In this document: positions 9,863 to 19,611 of the stretch, piece by piece
Position numbering within the stretch: position 1 is the first letter of the stretch
Layout of the letters: each line of letters starts with the position of its first letter
Assembly: GCA_016185615.1 (NCBI GenBank)
Contig: JACPNE010000003.1
Span: 6,265 to 70,264 of the forward strand
From: Candidatus Woesearchaeota archaeon
GTDB lineage: Archaea > Nanobdellota > Nanobdellia > SCGC-AAA011-G17 > JACPNG01
Direction of reading: 5' to 3'
Length of the DNA: 64,000 nt
Program-made: the position numbers and the translations under genes
Notes under the pieces: generated by a model
The model's input: only the letters and a program-made list of their open reading frames with translations
Database searches by the model: none
Told to the model about the DNA's origin: nothing

Positions 9863-10975
9863 TTAAAGTCCTAATGATTTAACAACTTCTTTGGAATCAA
9901 ATTCTTTTAAATCATCATATTCTTGCCCAACTCCAAAATATAGAATTGGTTCTTGTGTAATAAAACTAACAGATATTGCTGCCCCCCCTTTCTCATCAAC
10001 ATCAGCCTTAGTTAAAATAATTCCATCTATCTTAATTGCTTCATTAAATTGTTTTGCCTGTTCAATGCAATCATTCCCAGTAATAGACTCTCCAATAAAT
10101 ATCTTTAAATTAGGATTTGCAACTTTTATTATTTTTTTCATCTCATTCATAAGATTTTTGTTGCTTTGTAGTCTTCCTGCTGTATCAACAAGAACAACAT
10201 CAATGTTTTTGGCTTCTGCGTGTTTTATTCCATCAAATGCAACTGCCGCTGGATCTGATCCATAATCGTGTTTTATTACCTTGATTCCAAGTCTTTTGCC
10301 ATGTTCCTCTAATTGCTGGATTGCAGCAGCCCTAAAAGTATCAGCAGCCACCATTACAGAACTTATCTTGTTTTTCTTTAATATATTGGCTATCTTAGCT
10401 ATTGTAGTAGTTTTACCTCCACCATTAACTCCGACAAAAACAATAACAAATGGCTTTTTTCCTTCTTTAATAATTTTTAAGAAATTTTTTTGATTTATAA
10501 AAAGAGAGTCGATACTCTCTCTAAGACTTTCTTTTATTATCTCTTCAATCTTGCCTCTTTTCAATGGCTTGTCAACCAAATCAGATTTTAAATCATCCTT
10601 AATTTTGTCAATTACTTCAGATGCAACATTATTTTCAAGCATTATCAATTCTAAATCCCAAAATAAATCTTCAAATTTATTTTCTGAAATTTTTGTTGTT
10701 ATAATTTTTTCTTTTATTTTTCCAAAGAATGATTTCTTCTCTTCTACGTCTTCAATTAAATCATCTTTTTTCTTTATTATCTCTTTTTGGGTTGATTTTT
10801 TTTGAATTTCTTCTTTGGTTTCTTCTATTTCTTCTATTCCTTCTATAACTCCCTGTACTTCTTCTTTTATTTCTGGTTGTTTTTCTAATTTTTCTTCAGT
10901 TTCTTTAGATTCTTCTACTTTAGAACTAAATTTTGAGATTGTATCTTTTAATTTATCTTTCAAAAATTTAAACAT
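9863..10975 (-). CDS. ftsY: SRP receptor FtsY
   Basis: Acidic N-region; GVNGGGKTTT, DTFRAAA, DTAGR, TKADVDEKGG. Confidence 0.97.
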   Translation of the reverse strand: MFKFLKDKLKDTISKFSSKVEESKETEEKLEKQPEIKEEVQGVIEGIEEIEETKEEIQKKSTQKEIIKKKDDLIEDVEEKKSFFGKIKEKIITTKISENKFEDLFWDLELIMLENNVASEVIDKIKDDLKSDLVDKPLKRGKIEEIIKESLRESIDSLFINQKNFLKIIKEGKKPFVIVFVGVNGGGKTTTIAKIANILKKNKISSVMVAADTFRAAAIQQLEEHGKRLGIKVIKHDYGSDPAAVAFDGIKHAEAKNIDVVLVDTAGRLQSNKNLMNEMKKIIKVANPNLKIFIGESITGNDCIEQAKQFNEAIKIDGIILTKADVDEKGGAAISVSFITQEPILYFGVGQEYDDLKEFDSKEVVKSLGL

Positions 10976-11005
10976 AAACTAATAGTAAGAGCTAAATTTA
11001 TAAAA

Positions 11006-11986
11006 TTAACCGAACATCTTTTTAACAACTAAAGTTGCATAGCTTCCAGGCGGTAAAGAAAATTCCAAAATTGCTTTCAATTTTCCTTTACTTGATTCAT
11101 CTTTTTCATAAGTACATTTTAAGTTTTTGATTTTTACTATCAAATCTCTCTCATTACCCTCACTGCTTATTTCTGGAATTTGTTTTATTATAAAATCCTC
11201 TTTTTTTATTTTATATTTGTTCATTAATTCATTATATAATAATTCTATCTCATTATTCTCAAACTCTGTTAAAAATCCCAATATTGGAACTTTTATATTG
11301 TTTATATTTTCATTGGAAAAAATAAATTCTCCATATTCATATTCTATTTCCTTAAATTCTTTGTATTTTTTAGAAAAATATATGTTTAATACTTCATTAA
11401 ACAATAAACTCTGATATGAATTAATATAAAATCTTAATAATTTTTTTCCTAAATTCCTTAACGGATTTACATAATCTCCTTTATCCCATTTCAATTTAAG
11501 TGTATAACAAGCTTTCCTAAATTCTTTTTTTATTAATGCGTTTCCTACAATTGGATTTATATTTCCAAATCTCTGGTCATCAAAATAATTTTCAATAAAA
11601 TCAATTTTTTCAGCTTCCCTATCTAAATTTCTGACAACAATTATAAATCTATTAGACTTAATTTGTCCTAACTTTAGCCTTTCATTAGAATATCCAATAA
11701 ATTGTAATGTCAAACCCTTTATGTTAACATTTTCAATCTCTTTTCTACTAATTTTGTACACAGAAACATATTGTCTAGTAATAGCCTTCTTATCTTTAAT
11801 GCCAGCCACATTAATTCTATTTGGTTTTATTCTAAGCTTAGAGGCTATTGCTTTTATAGCATCATTAGTATTCCAATCTCTCTTTTCAAGTATAAAATAT
11901 GTATAATCCCTAATATTACTAGATAAGTCTAATTCAATCTCTTCTTCAACGAAGAAATCATCCATTTTTTGCTTTATTTTGTACAT
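11006..11986 (-). CDS. truD: tRNA pseudouridine(13) synthase TruD (compact)
   Basis: DFFVEE, AGIKDKKAITRQ, NYFDDQRFG, SYQSLLFN, FSLPPGSYAT. Confidence 0.93.
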   Translation of the reverse strand: MYKIKQKMDDFFVEEEIELDLSSNIRDYTYFILEKRDWNTNDAIKAIASKLRIKPNRINVAGIKDKKAITRQYVSVYKISRKEIENVNIKGLTLQFIGYSNERLKLGQIKSNRFIIVVRNLDREAEKIDFIENYFDDQRFGNINPIVGNALIKKEFRKACYTLKLKWDKGDYVNPLRNLGKKLLRFYINSYQSLLFNEVLNIYFSKKYKEFKEIEYEYGEFIFSNENINNIKVPILGFLTEFENNEIELLYNELMNKYKIKKEDFIIKQIPEISSEGNERDLIVKIKNLKCTYEKDESSKGKLKAILEFSLPPGSYATLVVKKMFG

Positions 11987-12054
11987 TATTTAACCTTAAA
12001 AATAATCATTTAAGAATAAGAAAGATTTTAAAAAACTATTCAACACAGATTAGT

Positions 12055-12672
12055 ATGGATGGAGAGATAATAACCTATGAAGTGCTGTATGACATACTAA
12101 GAAAAGAGAAGTATAATCAAGAATTACAGCGTCTAGACAAAGATTTCTTTGAAAAGGTAACAAAGTACATTAATGAAAAGATGTCTATATTAGAATCGCA
12201 AGAACAGAAAACAAGTATATTTGCCTCAACAGAGCTACAGAAAACAAGAAAACAATTAGAAAATATTAGTAAAATATTAAAAGATTTATATGAAAGAAGG
12301 GAAAATAAGATTATTCAAATTGCCTTGTTTGCATCTAAAACTAAAGAAAAGCCAGATTTGTCAGTATTATTGCCTGACGAACAAGGATTTTATAATTCAA
12401 TAATACTTATCCTAAACCAGTATAGGATGAATATCTTATTTAATGTATTAGAAGGCAAAGCACCAAGAATAGTAGAAGTAGAGAAACCAAAAGAATTAAA
12501 AAGCCAAAATAAGGATAAAGAAAACAAAACAATAATGTTTACTGAAAACGTGCCTAAGTTTATGGGTGATGACCTTAGTATATATGGTCCATTTAAACAA
12601 GAGGATATAGCCTCATTGCCAAAAATGATTGTTGAAATATTAGTAAGCAAGGGAAAAGCAAGGGAAATATGA
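12055..12672 (+). CDS. GINS subunit, Gins51-type
   Basis: Helical A domain (ELQRLDKDFF...LYERRENKII) and C-terminal B domain (PKFMGDDLSIYGPF..EDIASLP); canonical position before rpl44e. Confidence 0.85.
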   Translation: MDGEIITYEVLYDILRKEKYNQELQRLDKDFFEKVTKYINEKMSILESQEQKTSIFASTELQKTRKQLENISKILKDLYERRENKIIQIALFASKTKEKPDLSVLLPDEQGFYNSIILILNQYRMNILFNVLEGKAPRIVEVEKPKELKSQNKDKENKTIMFTENVPKFMGDDLSIYGPFKQEDIASLPKMIVEILVSKGKAREI

Positions 12673-12980
12673 AAATTCCAAAGATAATTAACACTTATTG
12701 TAAATATTGTAAAAAGCATACGGCCCACAGTGTTAGCCAAGCAAGGGTAAAAGAAAGAGGTTCTTTAAAGAAGGGTTCAATTCAAAGGGCCATGAAAAGA
12801 GGACTTGGTAAAGGGCATGGTAATCTTGGGAAATACGGCTCAAAGCCAGCAATCTCAAAATGGAAAAGAACTGGGGCAAAGGGATCAAAGAGAGTAGATT
12901 TAAGATTAAAGTGTAATGTGTGTAATAAAACAACAGTAAAAGCAACAAGATCAAGAGTCAAGAAATTCTCCCTAGAATAA
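12669..12980 (+). CDS. rpl44e: 50S ribosomal protein L44e (eL42)
   Basis: MKIPK...YCKYCKKHTAH...LRLKCNVC. Confidence 0.93.
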   Translation: MKIPKIINTYCKYCKKHTAHSVSQARVKERGSLKKGSIQRAMKRGLGKGHGNLGKYGSKPAISKWKRTGAKGSKRVDLRLKCNVCNKTTVKATRSRVKKFSLE

Positions 12981-13014
12981 AAAGTTTTTTAAATTATCTT
13001 AAATTTTTTGTAAT

Positions 13015-13203
13015 ATGCAAGAATACATAAAAGAAACAAAAAGTAAGTTTATAAAACTAAGATGTCCTAAATGTAAGAACGAACAAGTTATGTTTGGCAA
13101 AACAGCTACCAAAGTAAAATGTTTGGTATGCGGCAAATTGCTTGCTGTTCCTACTGGCGGAAAGGCTAAGATAAAATCCCAAATATTGGAGATATTGGAA
13201 TAA
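13015..13203 (+). CDS. rps27e: 30S ribosomal protein S27e
   Basis: SKFIKLRCPKCKNEQVMF...CLVCG..LAVPTGGKA. Confidence 0.96.
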   Translation: MQEYIKETKSKFIKLRCPKCKNEQVMFGKTATKVKCLVCGKLLAVPTGGKAKIKSQILEILE

Positions 13204-13988
13204 TGTTTTATAAGAAAGAAGGACTTCCAGGAGACTCAGAATTAGTTTTATGTACTGTAAAAAAAGTCCTTGATCATTCTGTTTTTGTTTCATTGGATGA
13301 ATATAAAGAATTAGATGGGATGATACACATATCTGAAGTATCTCCTGGTAGAATCAGAAATATAAGGGATTTTGTAAAAGAAGGTAAAACAATAGTATGT
13401 AAAGTACTTAGAATCAATAGAGAAAAGAAGCATGTTGATTTGTCATTAAGAAGAGTTTCCTCGTCAATGAGGAAAAGAAAAAGTAATGAGTATAAGCAGG
13501 AGCAAAGAGCAGAAAAGATATTGGAAATAGTTGCTAAGAAGTTAAAGATAGATTTAGAAAAAATGTATCAAAATGCGGGCTATTCATTAATAGAAGAATT
13601 TGGATCATTATATGAATCATTCACCCAAATATTAAAAGATAAAAATGTTGCTAAGAAGTTAAAGGTAAAAGATAAATATCTAAAACCACTTATAGAAGAA
13701 ATAGAAAATAATATTAAGCCTCCCGAAATAAATAAAACTGCAACATTATTCCTAAGAACTACATCTCCTGAGGGGGTTGAAGTAATAAAAGCATGTATAA
13801 AAGAATTATTAAATTTAGCAAAACAAAAAAGTTATAATATAAGGGTGTCTTATATAAGTTCGCCTAAATATAAAATAGATGTCAAATCTCATGATTATAA
13901 AACTGCTGAGAATATATTAAAAGAGGTTTCTCAAGTAGCAATAAAATATATAGAAAAAAATAAAGGCAAGGGACAACTAATAGAATGA
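13203..13988 (+). CDS. eif2a: Translation initiation factor 2 alpha subunit
   Basis: S1 domain LDEY...IHISEVS...VDLSLRRV; cluster context. Confidence 0.95.
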   Translation: MFYKKEGLPGDSELVLCTVKKVLDHSVFVSLDEYKELDGMIHISEVSPGRIRNIRDFVKEGKTIVCKVLRINREKKHVDLSLRRVSSSMRKRKSNEYKQEQRAEKILEIVAKKLKIDLEKMYQNAGYSLIEEFGSLYESFTQILKDKNVAKKLKVKDKYLKPLIEEIENNIKPPEINKTATLFLRTTSPEGVEVIKACIKELLNLAKQKSYNIRVSYISSPKYKIDVKSHDYKTAENILKEVSQVAIKYIEKNKGKGQLIE

Positions 13989-14137
13989 TATTAAGATGTA
14001 AGATCTGTGGGGGATATACAATGGACAAAACTTGCCCTAAATGCAAGGAAGAAACGTTAACAGTTAAGCCTGCAAAATATTCTCCAGAAGATAAGTATGG
14101 GCATTATAGGAGATTAGCAAAGAAAAATGAACTATAA
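13985..14137 (+). CDS. nop10: H/ACA RNP protein Nop10, 50 aa (absent from ORF track)
   Basis: MILRCKICGGYTMDKTCPKC...KPAKYSPEDKYGHYRR. Confidence 0.93.
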   Translation: MILRCKICGGYTMDKTCPKCKEETLTVKPAKYSPEDKYGHYRRLAKKNEL

Positions 14138-14891
14138 ATTTAAACAAATAGCAAAACTGAATAAGCTAAATGATGCAATTTTGATAGAAGGACTTCCAGG
14201 AATAGGCAATGTTGGGAAGATAGCAGTAGATTTTATGATTGATAATCTCAAAGCAAAAAAAATCTATCAAATATACTCGCATAGCTTTCCTCATGCTGTT
14301 TTTATAAATGAAGAAAATTTAGTTGAACTCCCAAGAATAGAAATATATTACAAAAAAGTAAAGAATAAAGATGTACTATTATTGGCTGGAGATATACAAC
14401 CAATTGATGAATCATCATGTTATGATTTTTGCGAAAGTGTATTAGACAATGTATCAAAATACAAAGTTAAAGAAATAATCACAATAGGCGGGATTGGATT
14501 ACAGCATATTCCTCAAAATCCAAAAGTATATTGCACCTCAAATGATAAAGACATTGTTAAAAAGTATAAATCAAAAAATCTGACAAATAATATTTTCGGT
14601 GTTGTGGGTCCAATAATCGGTGTGTCTGGATTATTGGTTGGATTAGCTCAGCAAAGAAATATTCCTGCAATGGCATTATTAGCAGAGACATTTCATCACC
14701 CAACATATTTAGGAATAAAAGGTGCAAGAGAAGTCTTAAAAATTATAGATGATAAACATAAATTGGGCTTAGAACTGGGAAAACTAGATGATGAGATATT
14801 TGAGATTGAAAAGGAAATAAAAACAAAGACTAAAGAATTCTCAAAACTTCAACAAAGAAAAGATAATACTAGAACAGATTATATAGGTTAA
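14127..14891 (+). CDS. PAC2-family proteasome assembly chaperone
   Basis: LIEGLPGIGNVGKIA, GDIQP, IIGVSGLL; canonical position after nop10. Confidence 0.9.
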   Translation: MNYKFKQIAKLNKLNDAILIEGLPGIGNVGKIAVDFMIDNLKAKKIYQIYSHSFPHAVFINEENLVELPRIEIYYKKVKNKDVLLLAGDIQPIDESSCYDFCESVLDNVSKYKVKEIITIGGIGLQHIPQNPKVYCTSNDKDIVKKYKSKNLTNNIFGVVGPIIGVSGLLVGLAQQRNIPAMALLAETFHHPTYLGIKGAREVLKIIDDKHKLGLELGKLDDEIFEIEKEIKTKTKEFSKLQQRKDNTRTDYIG

Positions 14892-16123
14892 AATTCTCTT
14901 AAAGTTTTTTGCTCTTTTTTGTTAATTATTCCTGATTCCTCAAGTACAATTTCCCCATATTCTCCATCATATCCTGGATTGATTTTTAGTTTATCTTCTC
15001 TGTTTAAAATAATAACCTTTGCCATTTTTTCCGGGACAACTTTAATAAGTTCATTATAATCTACATTCAATAAGACATTAAATTCACTCCCAAATTTGTT
15101 TATTATTGTGTTATATACCCCCCATACTTTCTTAGAGGTTATCTGATTTGTATTATAGACTTTAATTATTAGTTCATGTAAAGGTATTAATCTCTTGTAT
15201 TGTATTGGATTTTTTGGTTCATATCCTTCTTTTTCTTTGGCTAATTCCTCAATCCTATATTGTACCCCAATTGTTAATGGTTGTCCGCATTTGGGACATA
15301 TTCCTTTTAATTTTCTTGTTTCTTCAGGATTTAATCTAATGTTACAACCTTTATGACCATCATAATGGTATCTCCCATAATCCGGAACAGTTTCAATAGT
15401 AAAAGAAAATCCTTTCCTTGTCCTTATTGCTTCTAAGATATTTTTATAGCTTAAATCACAATCAAAAGCGGTAGCTTCTCTTCCTAGCCTCCATGGCCAA
15501 TAACTATGCGCATCTGAAAATGAAACTATATTTACATCCTCTTTTAAGCGCCATAACATTGGGGGATCTGCACTCATTCCTGATTCTATAGCATGAATGT
15601 GTTTAGTATTATCCTTAAAACAATCTTTCAGTGAATCAAATCCTGTCTTAGACCCATATAATCCAAAATATGGTGTCATACAATGTGCTGGAACAATCTC
15701 AATATCATTACTAATATTCCTCATAAAATCAACTAGTTCTATAGAAGAAAAGCCAAATATTGGTCTGCCATCATAATCCAATCTTCCTTTGCTCCCCAAA
15801 AATGCAATTATCTGATCAGCAACTTCCCCATTGGGAGCGAAGATTAAATGATGAATTCTCCTGCCCTTCCCATCTTGTCTGTACATTAAGCTTATTTCTG
15901 TTTGCCAGATAAAAGGAAATTTTGTGCTACTCCACAAGATTCCATTTTCATCTTCCTTCAATTTTTCTTTTATTTCTTTATTCCACAATGGATGCTGAAA
16001 ATCGCCTGTTCCTAATAAATCTAAACCTTTTATTCTCGCATATTTTTCAAGAAGGTCTAAAGTAGTATTTTTACTACAAGCAGCAGCATATCTGCTATGT
16101 ATTTGTAGATCAGCTATTATCAT
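14888..16123 (-). CDS. endoQ: Endonuclease Q family (PHP domain plus Zn finger)
   Basis: DLQIHSRY, GTGD, PAH, SDAHS, GRYHYDGH..C, CPKC, PGYDGEYG. Confidence 0.88.
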   Translation of the reverse strand: MIIADLQIHSRYAAACSKNTTLDLLEKYARIKGLDLLGTGDFQHPLWNKEIKEKLKEDENGILWSSTKFPFIWQTEISLMYRQDGKGRRIHHLIFAPNGEVADQIIAFLGSKGRLDYDGRPIFGFSSIELVDFMRNISNDIEIVPAHCMTPYFGLYGSKTGFDSLKDCFKDNTKHIHAIESGMSADPPMLWRLKEDVNIVSFSDAHSYWPWRLGREATAFDCDLSYKNILEAIRTRKGFSFTIETVPDYGRYHYDGHKGCNIRLNPEETRKLKGICPKCGQPLTIGVQYRIEELAKEKEGYEPKNPIQYKRLIPLHELIIKVYNTNQITSKKVWGVYNTIINKFGSEFNVLLNVDYNELIKVVPEKMAKVIILNREDKLKINPGYDGEYGEIVLEESGIINKKEQKTLREF

Positions 16124-16149
16124 AATTAACCACGATAAATAATTTGTAT

Positions 16150-17109
16150 TTAAGCTTCTGTATCCTCTACAACAATCTTCTTCTCTGTAGAATCTTTAAA
16201 GAAGTAAGTTAATTCAATTGATAATGGTCTTGTGTGTGCAAATTCTTGTAATCCTGATGTTGATATCTCACAGCTTATTGTCCTTTTTCCATCTATTAAA
16301 TCAATCACTCCTTCGCTACCATCATTTAGTCTGCTACATTTAGCATTTAGTCTTCCAGAAACAGAACTTACTTTTACTAATATTTTATTCTTTTTATCCC
16401 TGTTTTCATCACAAACATCAAAGAAAGTTCCTGGCTCATAAACTTCACCTTTACCTTTCTTTTCTATATCAAATGTGAATGTAACCTCATTAGCCCCGCT
16501 TGGTCTTTGGTTTATTTTAGTTACTTGAATTGGAGCACCCGAATTTTCAATATTTAAATTATCATTATCTAGTTTGCATACATCATTGGTTAATCTTTCA
16601 TTAGCTGTTTTTTTCAAACATAAATCAGTTTGTGCTATTGTTTTATACTCATAACAAACATCTGCTCTTATATTAACAGTAAAGTCAGCGCTAAGATCAA
16701 ACTTATATCTTGCATCTCTGAATTTTAGCTCTATTTCTTCCCCTAATTCTTCTCTATCCCTAAATTTCTTTTTTCCGCCAAGTTCTGTATCGCTTCTCTC
16801 AGATAATGAACGTAAAGAAAATGCTTCTCTGTCTATCCCTTGTAATGAAGCAATAACCTTTCCATCATCAATATCGTGCTCTCCTTCATTCTCAACAACA
16901 ACAACAACATCAAATTCATCCGCACTATTATCTCCAACCCTGGTTGGGGTATCATCACTAAAACTCAATTTTAGCCCATTATCCCCCCCTACAAATCTTT
17001 TACTGGATAAGTTATTAGAATCAGATGCTTTATCGCAACCTGCAATTAATAAAACTCCAAATAGAACTAAGACTAAAAAGTGCTCTTTTTTCATTATATT
17101 AAGTCTCAT
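16150..17109 (-). CDS. Putative lipoprotein, beta-rich
   Basis: LLIAG|C lipobox-like signal; paralogous pattern with 27526-28467. Confidence 0.7.
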   Translation of the reverse strand: MRLNIMKKEHFLVLVLFGVLLIAGCDKASDSNNLSSKRFVGGDNGLKLSFSDDTPTRVGDNSADEFDVVVVVENEGEHDIDDGKVIASLQGIDREAFSLRSLSERSDTELGGKKKFRDREELGEEIELKFRDARYKFDLSADFTVNIRADVCYEYKTIAQTDLCLKKTANERLTNDVCKLDNDNLNIENSGAPIQVTKINQRPSGANEVTFTFDIEKKGKGEVYEPGTFFDVCDENRDKKNKILVKVSSVSGRLNAKCSRLNDGSEGVIDLIDGKRTISCEISTSGLQEFAHTRPLSIELTYFFKDSTEKKIVVEDTEA

Positions 17110-17131
17110 ATTTATTTATTAAAGTTTTCTA

Positions 17132-18424
17132 TCACTCCAAAAATATTGTTAATCTCTCTATTTCAAAGGAAGTTTTTGGTATTATTTTAATTGCATTGTC
17201 TCCTCTTCTTACGAAAGAGGAAATATCTCTTTCATAAAAGCTATCAACAACATCAAAAGATACTGTATCTTCATTTATAGCAATATTTGCTCTTTTTATC
17301 TTAGAGCCTCTTTCATCTTTAAAATCTAATCTTAAGATTATATTTGAATCCCCTTTACAATCAAAGTCAAATTCACAATCTTCTGTACATCTATCAAAAC
17401 AACTATCTGTTCCACAATCAAAATCGCATTCTCTTATGCATCTATCAAATCCAGTTCCACATAATCCAGTAGTTCTATCAAAATCTTCGTCATCTACTTG
17501 AAAGTTATATTTTGGGAAGGATATCTCTCCAATGCTTAATTCAACCTGAATATCATCCAGCTGATAATCTCCTCTGTCAATATTAAACTCAAATCTATTA
17601 AGTCCAGATTTTACCCTATCTGGGGAGATATCTATTTTATTTAATCCTGAATCACAAAACACAAAATCATTGAACAATAGCCTATTATTCAAAGTCATGG
17701 ATAATCTTCCTTGTTCTTTAAGTGATAAGCAATTTACAAAATAAGATAATGTTAATCCTTCCAATCCATTTTTTTCATTATCAGTCAGGGAAAAATCTCT
17801 TGAGGCTACTTTATTATTTGATCTTGTTGTTACAATTAATTTTATATCATTCAATTGATAATCATCTCCAAATCCTCTTGAAGAAATCAATTTCAGTTCA
17901 TTCTTATTTCTCAAACCATTAATTGGAAGACTTATTGGAATTCTGCTTGATTCAATCTCATCTTCAAAAACCAAATTTCCATTCAATTCAATCTTTACCT
18001 TTCCTTTTCCTTTGACAACAAAAAGAAATAATTCAAATTTTTCTATATTCTCAACATCATTTAAATCAAATTCAAAAGATCTATCATTCTCAATAAAAAA
18101 ACTTTTTTCTAATGTCGTTGTTTTTGATAGGTCTATTGTACTTTTTTCTAATCTAGAATATAATAACACTGGAACAAATTCCTTAACTACAGATTCTTCC
18201 CCAAATGGTGTTACTTCGCCGGGAAATGCACTCAATAATACCTTTTCTGAATCAATAAAATCGATTCTATCACCACCATTATTTATTCCACCCGAAGAAG
18301 TTCCAGGCAATAACTCTTCTCTCAAGTCCACAGGAATAGAAACGATATACAAGACAATCAATAATGCAGTTATAAGAATAAGAGCAGCAATATTTGTTCC
18401 CGCCTCTCCCCTTTTACTTTTCAT
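17132..18424 (-). CDS. Class III signal-like exported protein with Cys-rich insert
   Basis: KRG|EAG leader plus TM helix; repeated beta-sandwich segments. Confidence 0.65.
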   Translation of the reverse strand: MKSKRGEAGTNIAALILITALLIVLYIVSIPVDLREELLPGTSSGGINNGGDRIDFIDSEKVLLSAFPGEVTPFGEESVVKEFVPVLLYSRLEKSTIDLSKTTTLEKSFFIENDRSFEFDLNDVENIEKFELFLFVVKGKGKVKIELNGNLVFEDEIESSRIPISLPINGLRNKNELKLISSRGFGDDYQLNDIKLIVTTRSNNKVASRDFSLTDNEKNGLEGLTLSYFVNCLSLKEQGRLSMTLNNRLLFNDFVFCDSGLNKIDISPDRVKSGLNRFEFNIDRGDYQLDDIQVELSIGEISFPKYNFQVDDEDFDRTTGLCGTGFDRCIRECDFDCGTDSCFDRCTEDCEFDFDCKGDSNIILRLDFKDERGSKIKRANIAINEDTVSFDVVDSFYERDISSFVRRGDNAIKIIPKTSFEIERLTIFLE

Positions 18425-18465
18425 CGATTAATAATGAGATTTTTTCTATTTAAATATTTCCACGA

Positions 18466-19533
18466 TTAGTTAAAAAACAGGTATTTTAGAAATTTAAGTA
18501 ATCTTGGTTCTTTTATAAACAATTTAAATGCAAATTTAGCTATATAATCTCTATCATTTTCTTCAAGTATTTTTTTCAATTTATCTTGAGAGAATAAATC
18601 AACAAACTCATTGTAATCTTTTTCATTAAACTTATCCATAACTTTTCGAGCATAAAGTCCAACCAATAAGTCTCTCCCTATTGCTTTTCTCCAGTTTTTA
18701 TCATAATCAGAAAAAGATTTTGTCATCTCTTTTGCAGCTAATAATCCCTGTATGATTCCACCATATGTTGTAGCCTTAACTTGAGTAGCAGAGTCTCCTA
18801 TCAGATAAACATTATTTTTAGTTGTAATAACATTTGGATCATATACTGGAATCATCCCGGATTGATAATTTATTATCGTAGCATTTCTAAGTTTTAATAA
18901 TCTTTCAAAATCTTTAGTTGAGTTGTTATATTCCGCCACCCCTATCCTTGCAATCTTATTATTTTCTGGAACAACCCAACCAAAACACCCATATCCTAGA
19001 TAAAAGTCAATTTTTTCCTCATCACATTTTGTATTACATCTAGCCTGGATGCCATATACAAAATTTCTATTGTTAAACATTCCATTGGTTTTGGCAACAC
19101 TAGAAAATGGGCCATCAGCGCCAACAAGGATATCTGTTTCTCTAAAGCCATTATTAATTTTGATTTTCATTTTACCATTATTTGAACAACCGTTATATCT
19201 GCTTTTTAGATGAAGTTTTGCTCCTTCATTCACAGCGAGATTAGCAATATATCTATCAAATCTGTCTCTGTCAAATACATAATTACTTTTGTTAAGCTTA
19301 ATTTCAATAAAATTGTTGTTTGGTGAGAAAATTCTAGCATATTTTGCTTTATTTAGAACAAAATCATGATCCATATCAAGGATTCCCTTTAATGAGCTTG
19401 TAGTTATTCCAGTACATTGTATTGGACTACCAACGACTGAATGCTCTTCATACAGATTAACCTTTTCTCCCTTCTTTGCTAATAAGTATGCTAAATAACT
19501 TCCGGCTGGGCCTGCCCCTATAATTGAGATCAT
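18466..19533 (-). CDS. Geranylgeranyl reductase family flavoprotein
   Basis: IIGAGPAG, QCTG, VGADG, GWVVP, IGDSA...GGI. Confidence 0.85.
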   Translation of the reverse strand: MISIIGAGPAGSYLAYLLAKKGEKVNLYEEHSVVGSPIQCTGITTSSLKGILDMDHDFVLNKAKYARIFSPNNNFIEIKLNKSNYVFDRDRFDRYIANLAVNEGAKLHLKSRYNGCSNNGKMKIKINNGFRETDILVGADGPFSSVAKTNGMFNNRNFVYGIQARCNTKCDEEKIDFYLGYGCFGWVVPENNKIARIGVAEYNNSTKDFERLLKLRNATIINYQSGMIPVYDPNVITTKNNVYLIGDSATQVKATTYGGIIQGLLAAKEMTKSFSDYDKNWRKAIGRDLLVGLYARKVMDKFNEKDYNEFVDLFSQDKLKKILEENDRDYIAKFAFKLFIKEPRLLKFLKYLFFN

Positions 19534-19611
19534 ATGCTTATTATGAAAAAAAGACTTATAAAACTAATCATCAGAAAATTATTTAAACAAAAATAGACTT
19601 TTAAGTACATA

